IMG/VR virus record: IMGVR_UViG_3300028608_000008
Location: 1-64,000 of that record
DNA length: 64,000 nucleotides
From: a virus
Strand: one strand, 5' to 3'
The position numbers were made by a program, and so were the translations under genes. The notes beneath the pieces were generated by a model. That model did no database searches, was not told the origin of the DNA, and was given only the letters and a program-made list of their open reading frames with translations. Positions 54,867 through 64,000 of the stretch are shown in pieces; the stretch's first letter is position 1, and each line of letters opens with the position of its first letter.

Positions 54867-56465
54867 ATGCCATTGTACAACGGTAGCAGCACAAGCGCCG
54901 GTGTTTACGGGGGTGAACAAGACAATTCGCAAACCGCACGGCAAACAGCGCCCAGCATTGGCGCGATTGTTGGTCCGTCCAAACGCGGTGTAGTCGGCGT
55001 TCCAACGCTGACCGTTGACGTAAACGATTTTCGTGCGAAATTCGGTCGTCGCGATGCGTCTCTCACGTTCGCTCACTTCTGCGCTGAGCAATTCCTGAAA
55101 TACTCGAACCAGCTTTACTTCACTCGCGTTGCGGTGAATGCTGAATACGGTTCGATCAGTGTTCGTCTGGTTGATGGCTATGCGCAAATCAAAGCCGCCG
55201 ATCAGGGTTATGCTGACCCGACTCAACGCACTCAAGTTCCCGAGGAAGTTCTTTTCCTCTACGCCGCCGACCCCGGCGAGTGGAACAACAAAATCCGTGT
55301 CGTCATGTATCCAGACGTGAACGATATGGAAAACGAAATGTTTGTTCTGGAAGTTTACGAAAACTCGCTGACTGTTGCCGATGAAGTTTATCGTGCCACA
55401 CTGCGCGACAAGGTGGATGGTTACGGTCGCCAATTGAACATTGTTGACCAACTCGTTGCCAAGAAATCGCGCCTGCGTGCAATCGTAAACGAAGACGCTC
55501 CGAAGTTTGTAGAAACCGAAGGCGCCTTCCAAGCGATCAACGCCGTAATCAGCGGCGATCTGGCATTCGGTAACGACGGCGATCCGGTAACGGTTTCCGA
55601 CATTATCGAAGGTTGGGACACTTTCGAAGAAGTTGAAGAAGTCGAAGTGACTTTGCTGATTAACGCGGGTTACACCGATATCAGCATTCAGCAACGCATG
55701 CTGGAAATCGCAATCGCTCGCCGGGATTGTTTTGCAATTCTCGACGTGCCTTCCGATCAGCAAACGTCGCAAGCCGCTTCCAACTTCCGTCGCAACGTGC
55801 TGAATGCAAATACTTCGTTTGGTGGTTTGTACACGCCGGACGTTGTAGTCATGACCGATGACGGCCAGTCCGTCAACTGCCCGCCTTCTGGCGTGGTGGC
55901 TGGTGTGTTTGCTTACAGCGATTCGCAAACTGCCGAATGGTTTGCGCCAGCGGGCGTTACTCGCGGTGCGTTGGATTCCGAAGTGAGCGAAGTTACCCAG
56001 CGTTACAAACTGGGCGACCGAAACATGATGGACCAAAACCAAGTCAACTTCGTTCACGTATTGGCCGGTTACGGTTTCTGCGTGTGGGGCGCACAAACGC
56101 TTCAAGCTTTCAGTTCCGCACTTTCCGACGTTCCGGTTCGCCGTCTTATCAACTTGGTTGAGAAACGCGCGAAATACGAAACGATGGTCGGGCTGTTTGA
56201 GCCAAACGATCCGTTCCTCTGGCAAACCCTCAAGCAAATCGTGGAAGACATTCTCGGTCCGATCAAAGCGGGTCGCGGTCTGTATGCCTACAAAGTGAAA
56301 TGCGACGAGGAAACCAACCCGCCAGAACAAATTGCTAACGGTGACGTGGCGCTGGTGTACTACATCCAGCCAACTCGTTACGGTAAACGAATTCTGTTTA
56401 CCACTTCCGTTGCGAAGACCGGGCAAATTTCCACCGCCGTTGAAGTTGTAGCGGCCACTGCTTAA
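54867..56465 (+). CDS. Tail sheath protein (paralog 2)
   Basis: VGVPTLT, DPGEWNNKI, WFAPAGVTRG, DVPVRRLINLV, LFEPNDPF; directly upstream of tail tube. Confidence 0.9.
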   Translation: MPLYNGSSTSAGVYGGEQDNSQTARQTAPSIGAIVGPSKRGVVGVPTLTVDVNDFRAKFGRRDASLTFAHFCAEQFLKYSNQLYFTRVAVNAEYGSISVRLVDGYAQIKAADQGYADPTQRTQVPEEVLFLYAADPGEWNNKIRVVMYPDVNDMENEMFVLEVYENSLTVADEVYRATLRDKVDGYGRQLNIVDQLVAKKSRLRAIVNEDAPKFVETEGAFQAINAVISGDLAFGNDGDPVTVSDIIEGWDTFEEVEEVEVTLLINAGYTDISIQQRMLEIAIARRDCFAILDVPSDQQTSQAASNFRRNVLNANTSFGGLYTPDVVVMTDDGQSVNCPPSGVVAGVFAYSDSQTAEWFAPAGVTRGALDSEVSEVTQRYKLGDRNMMDQNQVNFVHVLAGYGFCVWGAQTLQAFSSALSDVPVRRLINLVEKRAKYETMVGLFEPNDPFLWQTLKQIVEDILGPIKAGRGLYAYKVKCDEETNPPEQIANGDVALVYYIQPTRYGKRILFTTSVAKTGQISTAVEVVAATA

Positions 56466-56477
56466 AAGGTAGACATT

Positions 56478-56987
56478 ATGTCGAAGGTAACGCTGACAGA
56501 AGTTCTCGGCATCAACGATCCGATGTTGAACGACAACTTCGAACTCACTTTCACCAAAGTTCCGGGCGGCGGCGCTGACGGTCGCCAGATGCGCCTGCAA
56601 TGCCGTTCGGGTGTGAAGCCGGGCATGTCGATTCAAGAAGTTGAAATCGAACTGTTTGGTCACAAAGTAAAACACGCTGCTCGCAAAGTTTTCTCGGGCA
56701 GTATGTCGGTTGGTTTCGTGGAATCTTACGAAGGCCGAATCACTCAAGGTCTGGAAGCTTGGGCCGAAATGATTCGCGGCACCGACACCCAGTCGGGTTC
56801 CTTCAAACGGGATTACGCGACTACCGCCGTTCTCAACATTTTCGACCAGACCGGTGCGGTTTCGTTGACCTACAACATCTACAACGTGTGGCCGACGCAA
56901 GTTCCGGATTACTCGTTCGATGGTGCAGGCGGCAGCGTGATTCAGGTGGACGTAGAATTCGCTTACGACTACTACGAGCGCGCCTAA
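56478..56987 (+). CDS. Tail tube protein (T4 gp19-like)
   Basis: 169 aa after sheath; WPTQVPDYSFDG...VEFAYDYY C-terminus. Confidence 0.85.
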   Translation: MSKVTLTEVLGINDPMLNDNFELTFTKVPGGGADGRQMRLQCRSGVKPGMSIQEVEIELFGHKVKHAARKVFSGSMSVGFVESYEGRITQGLEAWAEMIRGTDTQSGSFKRDYATTAVLNIFDQTGAVSLTYNIYNVWPTQVPDYSFDGAGGSVIQVDVEFAYDYYERA

Positions 56988-56994
56988 ATCGGCG

Positions 56995-57028
56995 AAAAGC
57001 CCATTGCCTACGGGCCGTGGGCTTTTTT
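56995..57028 (+). terminator. Intrinsic terminator
   Basis: AAAAGCCCAT...GTGGGCTTTT plus TT. Confidence 0.8.
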
Positions 57029-57045
57029 AGTTTCCGAGGTTTGAA

Positions 57046-57552
57046 ATGGCAATCTTGACTCTCAAGGATTTTGCAGAACGCACGTCGTCTGAAAGCGGCA
57101 GTCCGCTGCTCGCATTCAAATGGCATTGCGTGTCCTTGCCGTTCGACCACGATACAACTTACGTCGAAACTGTTTCGTTGCCGTTCCCTTCGCTAAACGT
57201 GAAACCCGTTTTCGAAGGTGGCCGCTATACCAACTATCCGGGCTTCCTCGAAGTCTCCGCGTTTGACATTACGTTTTACGAGGATTCGAAAGCCAGTTCC
57301 AAACGTTGGCTGAAACAGTGGCAAGAAAAGATTCGGCATCCGGTCGAAGGTTTTTACTATCTGCCGGGCAACTACAAGCGGGATTTGATTTTTGAGTTGT
57401 TGAATACTCAAGGTCAGCCTGTGATGCGTGTCAAAATGAAGAATTGCTGGCCTACCACGTCGGGCAACTGGGAACTTGGTTCCGCAAACGAACGACTCAC
57501 TATTCAGCAAAACTTCTCAACTGATGGAATGGAGTATCTCGATGATCTTTGA
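57046..57552 (+). CDS. Tube-like baseplate protein (tube initiator)
   Basis: VETVSLPF, FDITFYED, WQEKI, NCWPTT..ELGS pattern of the tube fold. Confidence 0.65.
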   Translation: MAILTLKDFAERTSSESGSPLLAFKWHCVSLPFDHDTTYVETVSLPFPSLNVKPVFEGGRYTNYPGFLEVSAFDITFYEDSKASSKRWLKQWQEKIRHPVEGFYYLPGNYKRDLIFELLNTQGQPVMRVKMKNCWPTTSGNWELGSANERLTIQQNFSTDGMEYLDDL

Positions 57553-58321
57553 TAGCAATACACTTCCTTCGCGCACCGTGCCATATCAGGTGAAACAGGT
57601 TCATGTGAATCCGTTCCGCCCAAAACAATTGGCACTTCTCAGCAAGGCAATCTTTCTGGAAAGCATGGCGCCTGCGATTGACGCAATGCAGGAAGTGTGT
57701 GACTTCGACGTAAACCTGATGACACCGGGCGACTATTATTTCCTGCTGGGCTGGCAGCGTTTCAATTCGTTGAAACGCCCAGTGGTCGCACCGTGGGAAT
57801 GTGAGGGAACGAAATTCATTCGCCAAGGAACCGGCGAGATTTACAAAGCGCAACGCATTGTCTACATGACCGAAATGTGGAACGCTGCGGAAGGTACACC
57901 AGCACAAGAACAATTGGAAAACCCGGCTGACCTGTTGCTCGACCTGCAATATTGCGGCGCCAACAACATTGAACAGTTGCAGTTTTCCGATTTCACAACC
58001 GTTTTCCTGCCAGAAGTTACGCTCGACCCGCGCCTCGATTTTCCACGCGTGCGCAACATGGTCGAGTATGACGAACTGGTAAACGATCCGCTCTATCACC
58101 GCATTGTCGGCCCGGCCCGTTGGGTTGCGGAAGGCAAAACGCTGAAAGACAAAATCGAAATCCTGTTTGCACAAGAAGATATGTCGCTGATGGAAGCGGC
58201 AGCGGAAGCGAACGCGTCGATTGCCCATGGTATCGGTCGTCAAGTTTCGCGTGACTGCGCCGTTTGCGGAAGCAAACATTACTTCACCACTTCCATTGAA
58301 CCTGCGTCCTTCTTCGTATGA
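57542..58321 (+). CDS. Baseplate hub assembly protein (T4 gp26-like), paralog A
   Basis: LPSRTVPY..VNPFRPKQ...TPGDYYFLLGWQRFNS; C-terminal CAVC; ATG at 57542. Confidence 0.6.
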   Translation: MIFDSNTLPSRTVPYQVKQVHVNPFRPKQLALLSKAIFLESMAPAIDAMQEVCDFDVNLMTPGDYYFLLGWQRFNSLKRPVVAPWECEGTKFIRQGTGEIYKAQRIVYMTEMWNAAEGTPAQEQLENPADLLLDLQYCGANNIEQLQFSDFTTVFLPEVTLDPRLDFPRVRNMVEYDELVNDPLYHRIVGPARWVAEGKTLKDKIEILFAQEDMSLMEAAAEANASIAHGIGRQVSRDCAVCGSKHYFTTSIEPASFFV

Positions 58322-59259
58322 ACGACCAATATTATCTGGATAGTCGGTTTCAGGACATAGGGGGCCTTCCAACGGAATACGCCCCTTATGATTTCGACCA
58401 CATGATGGTGCGGCATTTCACGGTTGCTGAATTGCAATTGCTGCACCATGCTATGCACAGCAACGACCGTCCGTATTTCCACATTATCCGCGCCGTGCAA
58501 TTGGCGACCAGTGTGGACGTTTCCGTTTTGACCGACGGAGATTTTGAATATCTGATGGCGTGGCTGCGCAAGCACTCATTCCCGAAAGTGCCATTGCAAG
58601 TTTCGTGGCGCTGTCAGCAAAACGTTTGGGCGCACAAAGAAGACAACCATCTTGGCGATCCGAAGATGACCGCGAAAGAAGCGGAACTCAAAGGATACAA
58701 ACGTGAATTGTGCAACCACAGCAACGTAGAAATCATTACCAACGTGCTGCCTTTGGTTCACACGTTGGAAGCCGCGCAGCAATCCATTCCGCATGACGAT
58801 CTTGATTTCCCGCGAGTGGCAACGCTTTCGGATTTCAACGATTACGTTGAGGAAAACAAATGGATGCTCCACATGGCCGAATGTGCCCGGTGGATCAAAG
58901 CAGGCAAAACCTTCAAGGCGAAGCTCACGACCTTGTTGAACCAGCCGGACAACGAACTGTACGAACGCATTTTCGAAATCCGCAACAAGTATCACCACGG
59001 CATTTCGGAACGCATGCGCCTCAACTGCAAAATGTGTGACCACACGTTCATGCACGAAAGCAGTCCGCGCCTGTTGCAGTTCTTTGCCGATAACAGCGAG
59101 ACTGACATTTTCAATATCAGTTACAACCTGCTCTCGACTTTCGGGATGCAGCCGGATATGAACATGCCAGCCAAAATTTTCCTCTATCACCACTCGACCA
59201 TGGCGAAAGCGATGAAAGAAAAAGAGTTGCGTGAAAAAGGGGTCAAGGCACTGGGGTAA
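58318..59259 (+). CDS. Baseplate hub assembly protein (T4 gp26-like), paralog B
   Basis: LPTEYAPY..VRHFTVAE...TDGDFEYLMAWLRKHS; LDFPRV shared; CKMC. Confidence 0.6.
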   Translation: MNDQYYLDSRFQDIGGLPTEYAPYDFDHMMVRHFTVAELQLLHHAMHSNDRPYFHIIRAVQLATSVDVSVLTDGDFEYLMAWLRKHSFPKVPLQVSWRCQQNVWAHKEDNHLGDPKMTAKEAELKGYKRELCNHSNVEIITNVLPLVHTLEAAQQSIPHDDLDFPRVATLSDFNDYVEENKWMLHMAECARWIKAGKTFKAKLTTLLNQPDNELYERIFEIRNKYHHGISERMRLNCKMCDHTFMHESSPRLLQFFADNSETDIFNISYNLLSTFGMQPDMNMPAKIFLYHHSTMAKAMKEKELREKGVKALG

Positions 59260-59262
59260 GCA

Positions 59263-62200
59263 ATGGCCGAACTCATTGAAATGGAAAAGGTGGCGGGCCG
59301 CTACCAGTCGAAGCATGACCTCATGCAAGACATTCCACAAAGCCGCAATGAAAAGATTGACGTTAAGGATCACTTCGGCGACGGCAAAAAAGGTCGCGGT
59401 GGTCCGAAAACGTCTTCGAGTTCCAACGCCAAGGCCAAGGCGTCCAGCACCACGGTAAACAACAAAACCGAAAACGTCTACAATCAGGCGCAGTCGGACG
59501 ATGTTGAAATCCAAACCAAAGCAATCACGCAGCAATCCCAAACGCTGAATGAACAAACTGGTTTGATGAAGGCGCAGTCCGGCAAGCTGGACGACCTCAA
59601 CATCACAATGGACAAGCTGTACGCTTTGCTTTATCGCGAGCATACGAAACTCAGTCCGAAATACCAAAACACTCCACAGCCTATGTTGCAGCCTGATTTC
59701 TCCGGTATGCAACCTGACCAAAACGGACAGACAAATAGCTTTGCTGATCTGGCCGGAAGCATCATGGATATGATGGGCGGTGGTGACGGAAAAGGCAAAG
59801 GGAAGAAAAAACCAAAGATTCAGAAAACCGGTGGCGGCATCAAAGGGAAGTTTGGCCGCGCTTGGGGAGCAATGAAAAACGCGGGCGGTTCTTTGCTTGG
59901 CCTCGGTGCCGAAGCTGCGGAAGGCGGTTTGGGTTCGCGGGTTATGCAAGGCGCAAAAGGCATTTTCAGCGGCGGCGGTGGCGGCGGTGGCTGGCGCGGT
60001 AAACTTGCAAAAGGTGCAATGGCTGCGGGTGCGGCTGCTGTTGGTTACAAAGGTTTAGAATCGCTCGGCGGCCTCGGTGCGGTAAGTGCGCACTTTGAAT
60101 CGGGCAAAGGTGGCGTCGGCACAATCAGTACCGGTAAAGGCGACCACGGCGGCGTTTCGTATGGTGCTCACCAGTTGAGTTCCAAATCCGGAACCATGAA
60201 TGCGTTTTTGCGTTCTGAATCCGGTTCTGCATACGCTCAGGAATTCGCAGGTCTGCAACCGGGTAGCGCAGCGTTCAACCAGAAGTACAAAGAGATTGTT
60301 GCACGCGACGGTGAAGGTTTCGATAAAGCGCAATCCAACTTTATCAAAGCCACGCACTATGATCCGGCAGCACGCAAGCTGGCAAAAGACACCGGCCTTG
60401 ATGTTTCCGGTCGCAGCCGTGCGGTTCAGGAAATGGTTTATTCCACTTCCACGCAATACGGCGGCGGTTCCTCGGTAATGGCGAAAGCACTTGCTGGCCG
60501 TGATGCCAATAGCATGAGCGACGAAGACATTATTGACGCAGTGCAAAACTACAAACGCGACAACGTTGGGACGCACTTCAAGTCGTCGAGTGCAAAACAA
60601 CAAGCGGGTGTGGCTGCGCGGGCGGAAAGAGAAAAAGCCATGCTGCGCCAGATTCTTGATGATGAACGCAAGAATCCGCAAGGTGTAATGAAAGGCGAAG
60701 ACAAAAAAGGCGTAGACGGAAACACTGCGGCCGAAGTTGTCCAAGGCAAAACTGATCCGAAATCGCTTCCAGCGGATTCTGTTGCCAAAGCGCAGCAACA
60801 AAGTGTCGGCATTATGCCAATGCAACCGCAAGACGTAAAAGCGGATGAAGCGTTGGGCACCAGTGAAGACGGCGAACAATTTGTAACCGTGCAACAATCC
60901 ACTGGCGGCGTTACTGCGGTCGATGGGGCTGGTATGGCATTGGCCGGGGCTGGTATTGCAAAAGCTGGGGCCGATGGCACCAAAGCCGCAACCGCAACCA
61001 AAGCCATGATTTCTTCCGGTGAAAAAGCTACGCTGAAAGGCGCAGCAAAAGTCGGTGGCAAGATGCTCGGTCCCGGCGTTAGTGTTGCAATGGACGGCTA
61101 CCGCGCTGCGGAAGTTATCAACGATGACAAAATGTCGAGTGCGAAAAAGGAAACTGAACTCGCAGGCATTGGTGGTTCCATGGCTGGCGCTGTTGCTGGC
61201 GGTGCAATCGGTGCAACAATGGGTTCCGTTGTTCCTGTTGCGGGTACTGCGGTCGGCGGCGTCATTGGTTCCATTGGTGGCGCAATAGTTGGCGAAGAAG
61301 GTGTGAAGGCTGGCGTCAATTACGTTATGGGAACTCCCGAAGAACGTGAAGCAAAAGCCGCATCGAAAATGTATGTCAATTCTCCGTTGCTGCAAGGCGA
61401 ACATTCGACTTTGCCAACGGCGCCGGTTGCATTGCCTTCGGTAAAAGATTTGATGACGGTGCCACCAAAAGCGCCAACTGAAATCCAAACCGCTGCATTG
61501 GCCGCACCTGCAAAACCTGCGGACGCTACGCCGGTAATTCCGCCAGCGCAAAAAATGGATGGTAAATCTGTTGCGGAAACGCTCGCCCCTTCGGTTGCCG
61601 CATCTTCGACTCCGGGCTGGAATCCAACCCCGGATGAAATGGCAACTTGGAAAGCGATGACAGTTCCAGTCGCTCCAAACGCGCCGTCGTTCCACAAAGC
61701 TGCACGCGATCTTGCTGCAAAAGATAAACCGGCAGAAGTGTTGACGCCAAGCAATCCGGAAACGCAAATTGGTAAAGCTGCAACGTATCAAGCGGCTGCA
61801 CCGAAAAGCGAAACTCCGGCACCAGTACAGGCGCCTGCGCAAGCACCGACCAAAACTTTTGATATGCCGAAACAGGAAGCTGCGCCGCCATCGGTTACGG
61901 CTCCAACCTATTCGGAAATCAAACCTTTCCAGCAACCGGCAGTCGTTCCAAACACTCCGTCCATTGCAACAAACGTTTCTGCAACTCCGGTAAGCGCTGG
62001 CTCCGATGGGCTTTCCTCAAACGTTGACCGGTTAGCAACCGCTGCACAATCGCTTGCTGATTCCGCTGCAAAAATGGCCGGGGCTGGTGGCGTCAAAGAC
62101 GGAAAAGGTGATCCCACAAAACCGGGAATGCCGGGCGCTGCACCTGCTGGAATGCAATCGGTTGAAGCAAAACCAGTTGGCGCTTCTCTGTTTGAAAAAC

Positions 62201-62547
62201 TGAATCCGTTCTCGCCTGCGAGTCCGCAATTCTACAAATCGGAACCTGCAATTTCGCAACGTCCGCAAATGGCCGCACCAGTGGTCAGCGCTGCGCCTAC
62301 TCCGGTTGCAGCAATGCCAGCACGCGAATCGGCAGCACCTCAACCAATAGACAACATTTCGAATATTCGCATGGCGACACAAGCGCCAGCACCGGCTCCG
62401 GCTGCACCTGCACCATCGGCAGGCGGTGGAGGCGGCGCAGCAAAAGGTGGCGGAGGTGGTTCGGGTTCGGATAAACCGACGCTCGATGAAATCCCCGCGC
62501 TGATTAGCGATTTCGGATTGGTGTTTGTAAACTCGGGACTTCTGTAA
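59263..62547 (+). CDS. Tape-measure/tail-associated protein with lysozyme-like domain
   Basis: FESGKGGVGTISTGKGDHGGVSYGAHQL...QYG (60085-60666) resembles the Vibrio VgrG-3 C-terminal muramidase; glycine zipper; Pro/Ala-rich C-terminus. Confidence 0.7.
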   Translation: MAELIEMEKVAGRYQSKHDLMQDIPQSRNEKIDVKDHFGDGKKGRGGPKTSSSSNAKAKASSTTVNNKTENVYNQAQSDDVEIQTKAITQQSQTLNEQTGLMKAQSGKLDDLNITMDKLYALLYREHTKLSPKYQNTPQPMLQPDFSGMQPDQNGQTNSFADLAGSIMDMMGGGDGKGKGKKKPKIQKTGGGIKGKFGRAWGAMKNAGGSLLGLGAEAAEGGLGSRVMQGAKGIFSGGGGGGGWRGKLAKGAMAAGAAAVGYKGLESLGGLGAVSAHFESGKGGVGTISTGKGDHGGVSYGAHQLSSKSGTMNAFLRSESGSAYAQEFAGLQPGSAAFNQKYKEIVARDGEGFDKAQSNFIKATHYDPAARKLAKDTGLDVSGRSRAVQEMVYSTSTQYGGGSSVMAKALAGRDANSMSDEDIIDAVQNYKRDNVGTHFKSSSAKQQAGVAARAEREKAMLRQILDDERKNPQGVMKGEDKKGVDGNTAAEVVQGKTDPKSLPADSVAKAQQQSVGIMPMQPQDVKADEALGTSEDGEQFVTVQQSTGGVTAVDGAGMALAGAGIAKAGADGTKAATATKAMISSGEKATLKGAAKVGGKMLGPGVSVAMDGYRAAEVINDDKMSSAKKETELAGIGGSMAGAVAGGAIGATMGSVVPVAGTAVGGVIGSIGGAIVGEEGVKAGVNYVMGTPEEREAKAASKMYVNSPLLQGEHSTLPTAPVALPSVKDLMTVPPKAPTEIQTAALAAPAKPADATPVIPPAQKMDGKSVAETLAPSVAASSTPGWNPTPDEMATWKAMTVPVAPNAPSFHKAARDLAAKDKPAEVLTPSNPETQIGKAATYQAAAPKSETPAPVQAPAQAPTKTFDMPKQEAAPPSVTAPTYSEIKPFQQPAVVPNTPSIATNVSATPVSAGSDGLSSNVDRLATAAQSLADSAAKMAGAGGVKDGKGDPTKPGMPGAAPAGMQSVEAKPVGASLFEKLNPFSPASPQFYKSEPAISQRPQMAAPVVSAAPTPVAAMPARESAAPQPIDNISNIRMATQAPAPAPAAPAPSAGGGGGAAKGGGGGSGSDKPTLDEIPALISDFGLVFVNSGLL

Positions 62548-63326
62548 TGGCTACTGCAACTCCAAACGCAGCAACCCCAGCGGCCAAACCGTACACGTCC
62601 GATATTTACATGGCAACGCTAAACGTAAAACGGGACAACGCGGATTATCTGAATATCAGTACCCCGTTGCCTGAAAGTTTTTCGTTTGGTTTGACCAGCC
62701 ACTTTGACCGTCCGCTCGATCAGCCGCTTTCCAACCTGAACCAAGGTGGCGGCATCGCAGCAAACAGTTTGGTGAAAGCTGGTGCAACTGCAATCACCGG
62801 CCAAACAACCAAGATGAAGTTTTTGTCTGGTGCCGTTTGGTCGGGCGGTTCGTATTTGCAAATTTCGTTGCCCTTCCTTTTGCATGCGTACACCGATGCA
62901 AAAATGGACGTGATGGATAAGCTGATTCAATTAATGTCACTCGCGGCTCCAAGCGAAGACGGTTTGGGCGGGACGCTTCGTGCGCCCGGTCCGACCGTGG
63001 CAAACCTTGATGCGATTATGGAAGGCAACTTTTCGCAACAAGGCAACCCTTTGCAAATGGGCGGCGATCTGATTACTGTAAACCTCGGAAGATTCATGAC
63101 GTTGAGTCCGTGCATCATCACCGACGTAACTCCGACGTTTGACACAGTGCTGGATCAAAACGGAACGCCAATGGGTGTTTCGGTAAACGTGAGTATTGAA
63201 ACGTTCTTCACCACGACGCAGGAAGATTTGATTAAAGCTTTCCAAAGCAGTATCACTGCGGGCACCGGTGCGAAGTCTGGCACAGGCTGGGGCGTTCTCA
63301 ATCTCGCAAAACTGATTGGTGGATAA
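62547..63326 (+). CDS. Baseplate protein (T4 gp48-like tube cap)
   Basis: LPESFSFG, ISLPF, PCIITDVTPTFD...SVNVSI pattern; position after tape-measure gene. Confidence 0.55.
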   Translation: MATATPNAATPAAKPYTSDIYMATLNVKRDNADYLNISTPLPESFSFGLTSHFDRPLDQPLSNLNQGGGIAANSLVKAGATAITGQTTKMKFLSGAVWSGGSYLQISLPFLLHAYTDAKMDVMDKLIQLMSLAAPSEDGLGGTLRAPGPTVANLDAIMEGNFSQQGNPLQMGGDLITVNLGRFMTLSPCIITDVTPTFDTVLDQNGTPMGVSVNVSIETFFTTTQEDLIKAFQSSITAGTGAKSGTGWGVLNLAKLIGG

Positions 63327-63327
63327 C

Positions 63328-63660
63328 ATGGCTGACCTCGGCGACCATTCCACGTTTTTGGTGATTGACGAACTGGGCATTGATCCTTTGCGGGACAAAG
63401 CCATTGACGCAATCATGGAAACGAGAGGTTTTGAATTCTACACCGTGAAGTCGAGTGAACAGCACAACACGCCGTTGCTCGCCTACAACGTGTACCGGAA
63501 CGAAAAATTCTGGTGGCATATCCAAGTCTACAACGGACTCGACGATATGTTTGAAGTCAAAACCGGTATGCAAATCAAAATCCCTGATATGAACGAAATG
63601 GTCACGCGTCTAACTGCCGCAATGAAGCCGACCAATTCCAACAAAACAGTGAGTATCTAA
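63328..63660 (+). CDS. Baseplate wedge protein with LysM-like fold (T4 gp53-like)
   Basis: LLAYNVYRNEKFWWHIQVYNGL...GMQIKIP; ATG at 63328. Confidence 0.75.
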   Translation: MADLGDHSTFLVIDELGIDPLRDKAIDAIMETRGFEFYTVKSSEQHNTPLLAYNVYRNEKFWWHIQVYNGLDDMFEVKTGMQIKIPDMNEMVTRLTAAMKPTNSNKTVSI

Positions 63661-64000
63661 ATGCAAGCGACTCTGAATATTGAGGGCTTGGCGTATTGCT
63701 CAATCGACATTGAAGGTTCTTCGGTTCCTCCGTCGATGAACATGCTGAGTAGCATTTTGATTATGGAAGGTTTCGGAATGGGTCTGCCCGTTCTGCAACT
63801 GATCCTCAACGACGAAAAAGAGTCGCTGTCCAAAGAACTCGCGATTGCCGACGGCTCGCGCATTGTGATTCGCATGGGCCGCGACACCAAGAATATCAAG
63901 GAATGTCCGTTTCGTGTTTTCGGGTGGCGCCGTTCGCGTTCCACTTCCGGACCGCGTTTGGAAATTGTTGGTTTGCTTGACGTTCCGGAATTCGGCGCGG
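63661..64000 (+). CDS. Baseplate hub protein (T4 gp27-like), 3' truncated
   Basis: Open frame from ATG 63661 to window end (MQATLNIEG...IMEGFGMGLPVLQLILND); not in ORF track. Confidence 0.55.
   Translation, partial: MQATLNIEGLAYCSIDIEGSSVPPSMNMLSSILIMEGFGMGLPVLQLILNDEKESLSKELAIADGSRIVIRMGRDTKNIKECPFRVFGWRRSRSTSGPRLEIVGLLDVPEFGA

Noticed and set aside
57542-59259. Programmed frameshift between tail chaperone-like genes
   Set aside because: Genes overlap by a normal ATGA, each is a full paralog, and no slippery heptamer was seen near the junction.
1-64000. tRNA, rRNA, CRISPR, IS elements, stop-codon reassignment, phiKZ-type RNA polymerase or nucleus genes
   Set aside because: Intergenic gaps are at most about 135 nt and explained by terminators/promoters; genes are full length in the standard code; no such motifs recognised.

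Overview
A 64-kb, single-stranded-orientation (all credible genes on +) segment of a jumbo myovirus genome. Gene content (family A DNA polymerase with an N-terminal UDG-like domain, beta-clamp-like protein, UvsW-like helicase, class II ribonucleotide reductase, NAD-dependent ligase, giant SWI2/SNF2 ATPase, two tail sheaths, T4-like baseplate genes) most resembles the Lu11/PaBG/RSL1/Erwinia Y3-Yoloswag group of jumbo phages; this assignment is from recalled family knowledge, not a search. Blocks: head/neck and putative internal proteins (1-14.8 kb), replication/accessory (14.9-30.9 kb), sheath-1 plus three paralogous Ig-like fibre genes (31-38 kb), ligase, GT2-TPR glycosyltransferase and prohead protease (39-46 kb), scaffold/decoration/major capsid (48-52 kb), sheath-2/tube/baseplate (52.6-64 kb). 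No tRNA, rRNA, CRISPR or IS element seen. Main leads: a recurrent small-residue motif (x-A/S-x-A/S-S/A) shared by putative head proteins including the giant SNF2 ATPase, matching an assemblin-type protease; a CBM5/12-like insert inside that ATPase; a protein glycosyltransferase among virion genes; a second sheath with its own fibre family and an orphan tube paralog; a candidate late promoter TAATTT(A/T); and apparent total avoidance of CCWGG.
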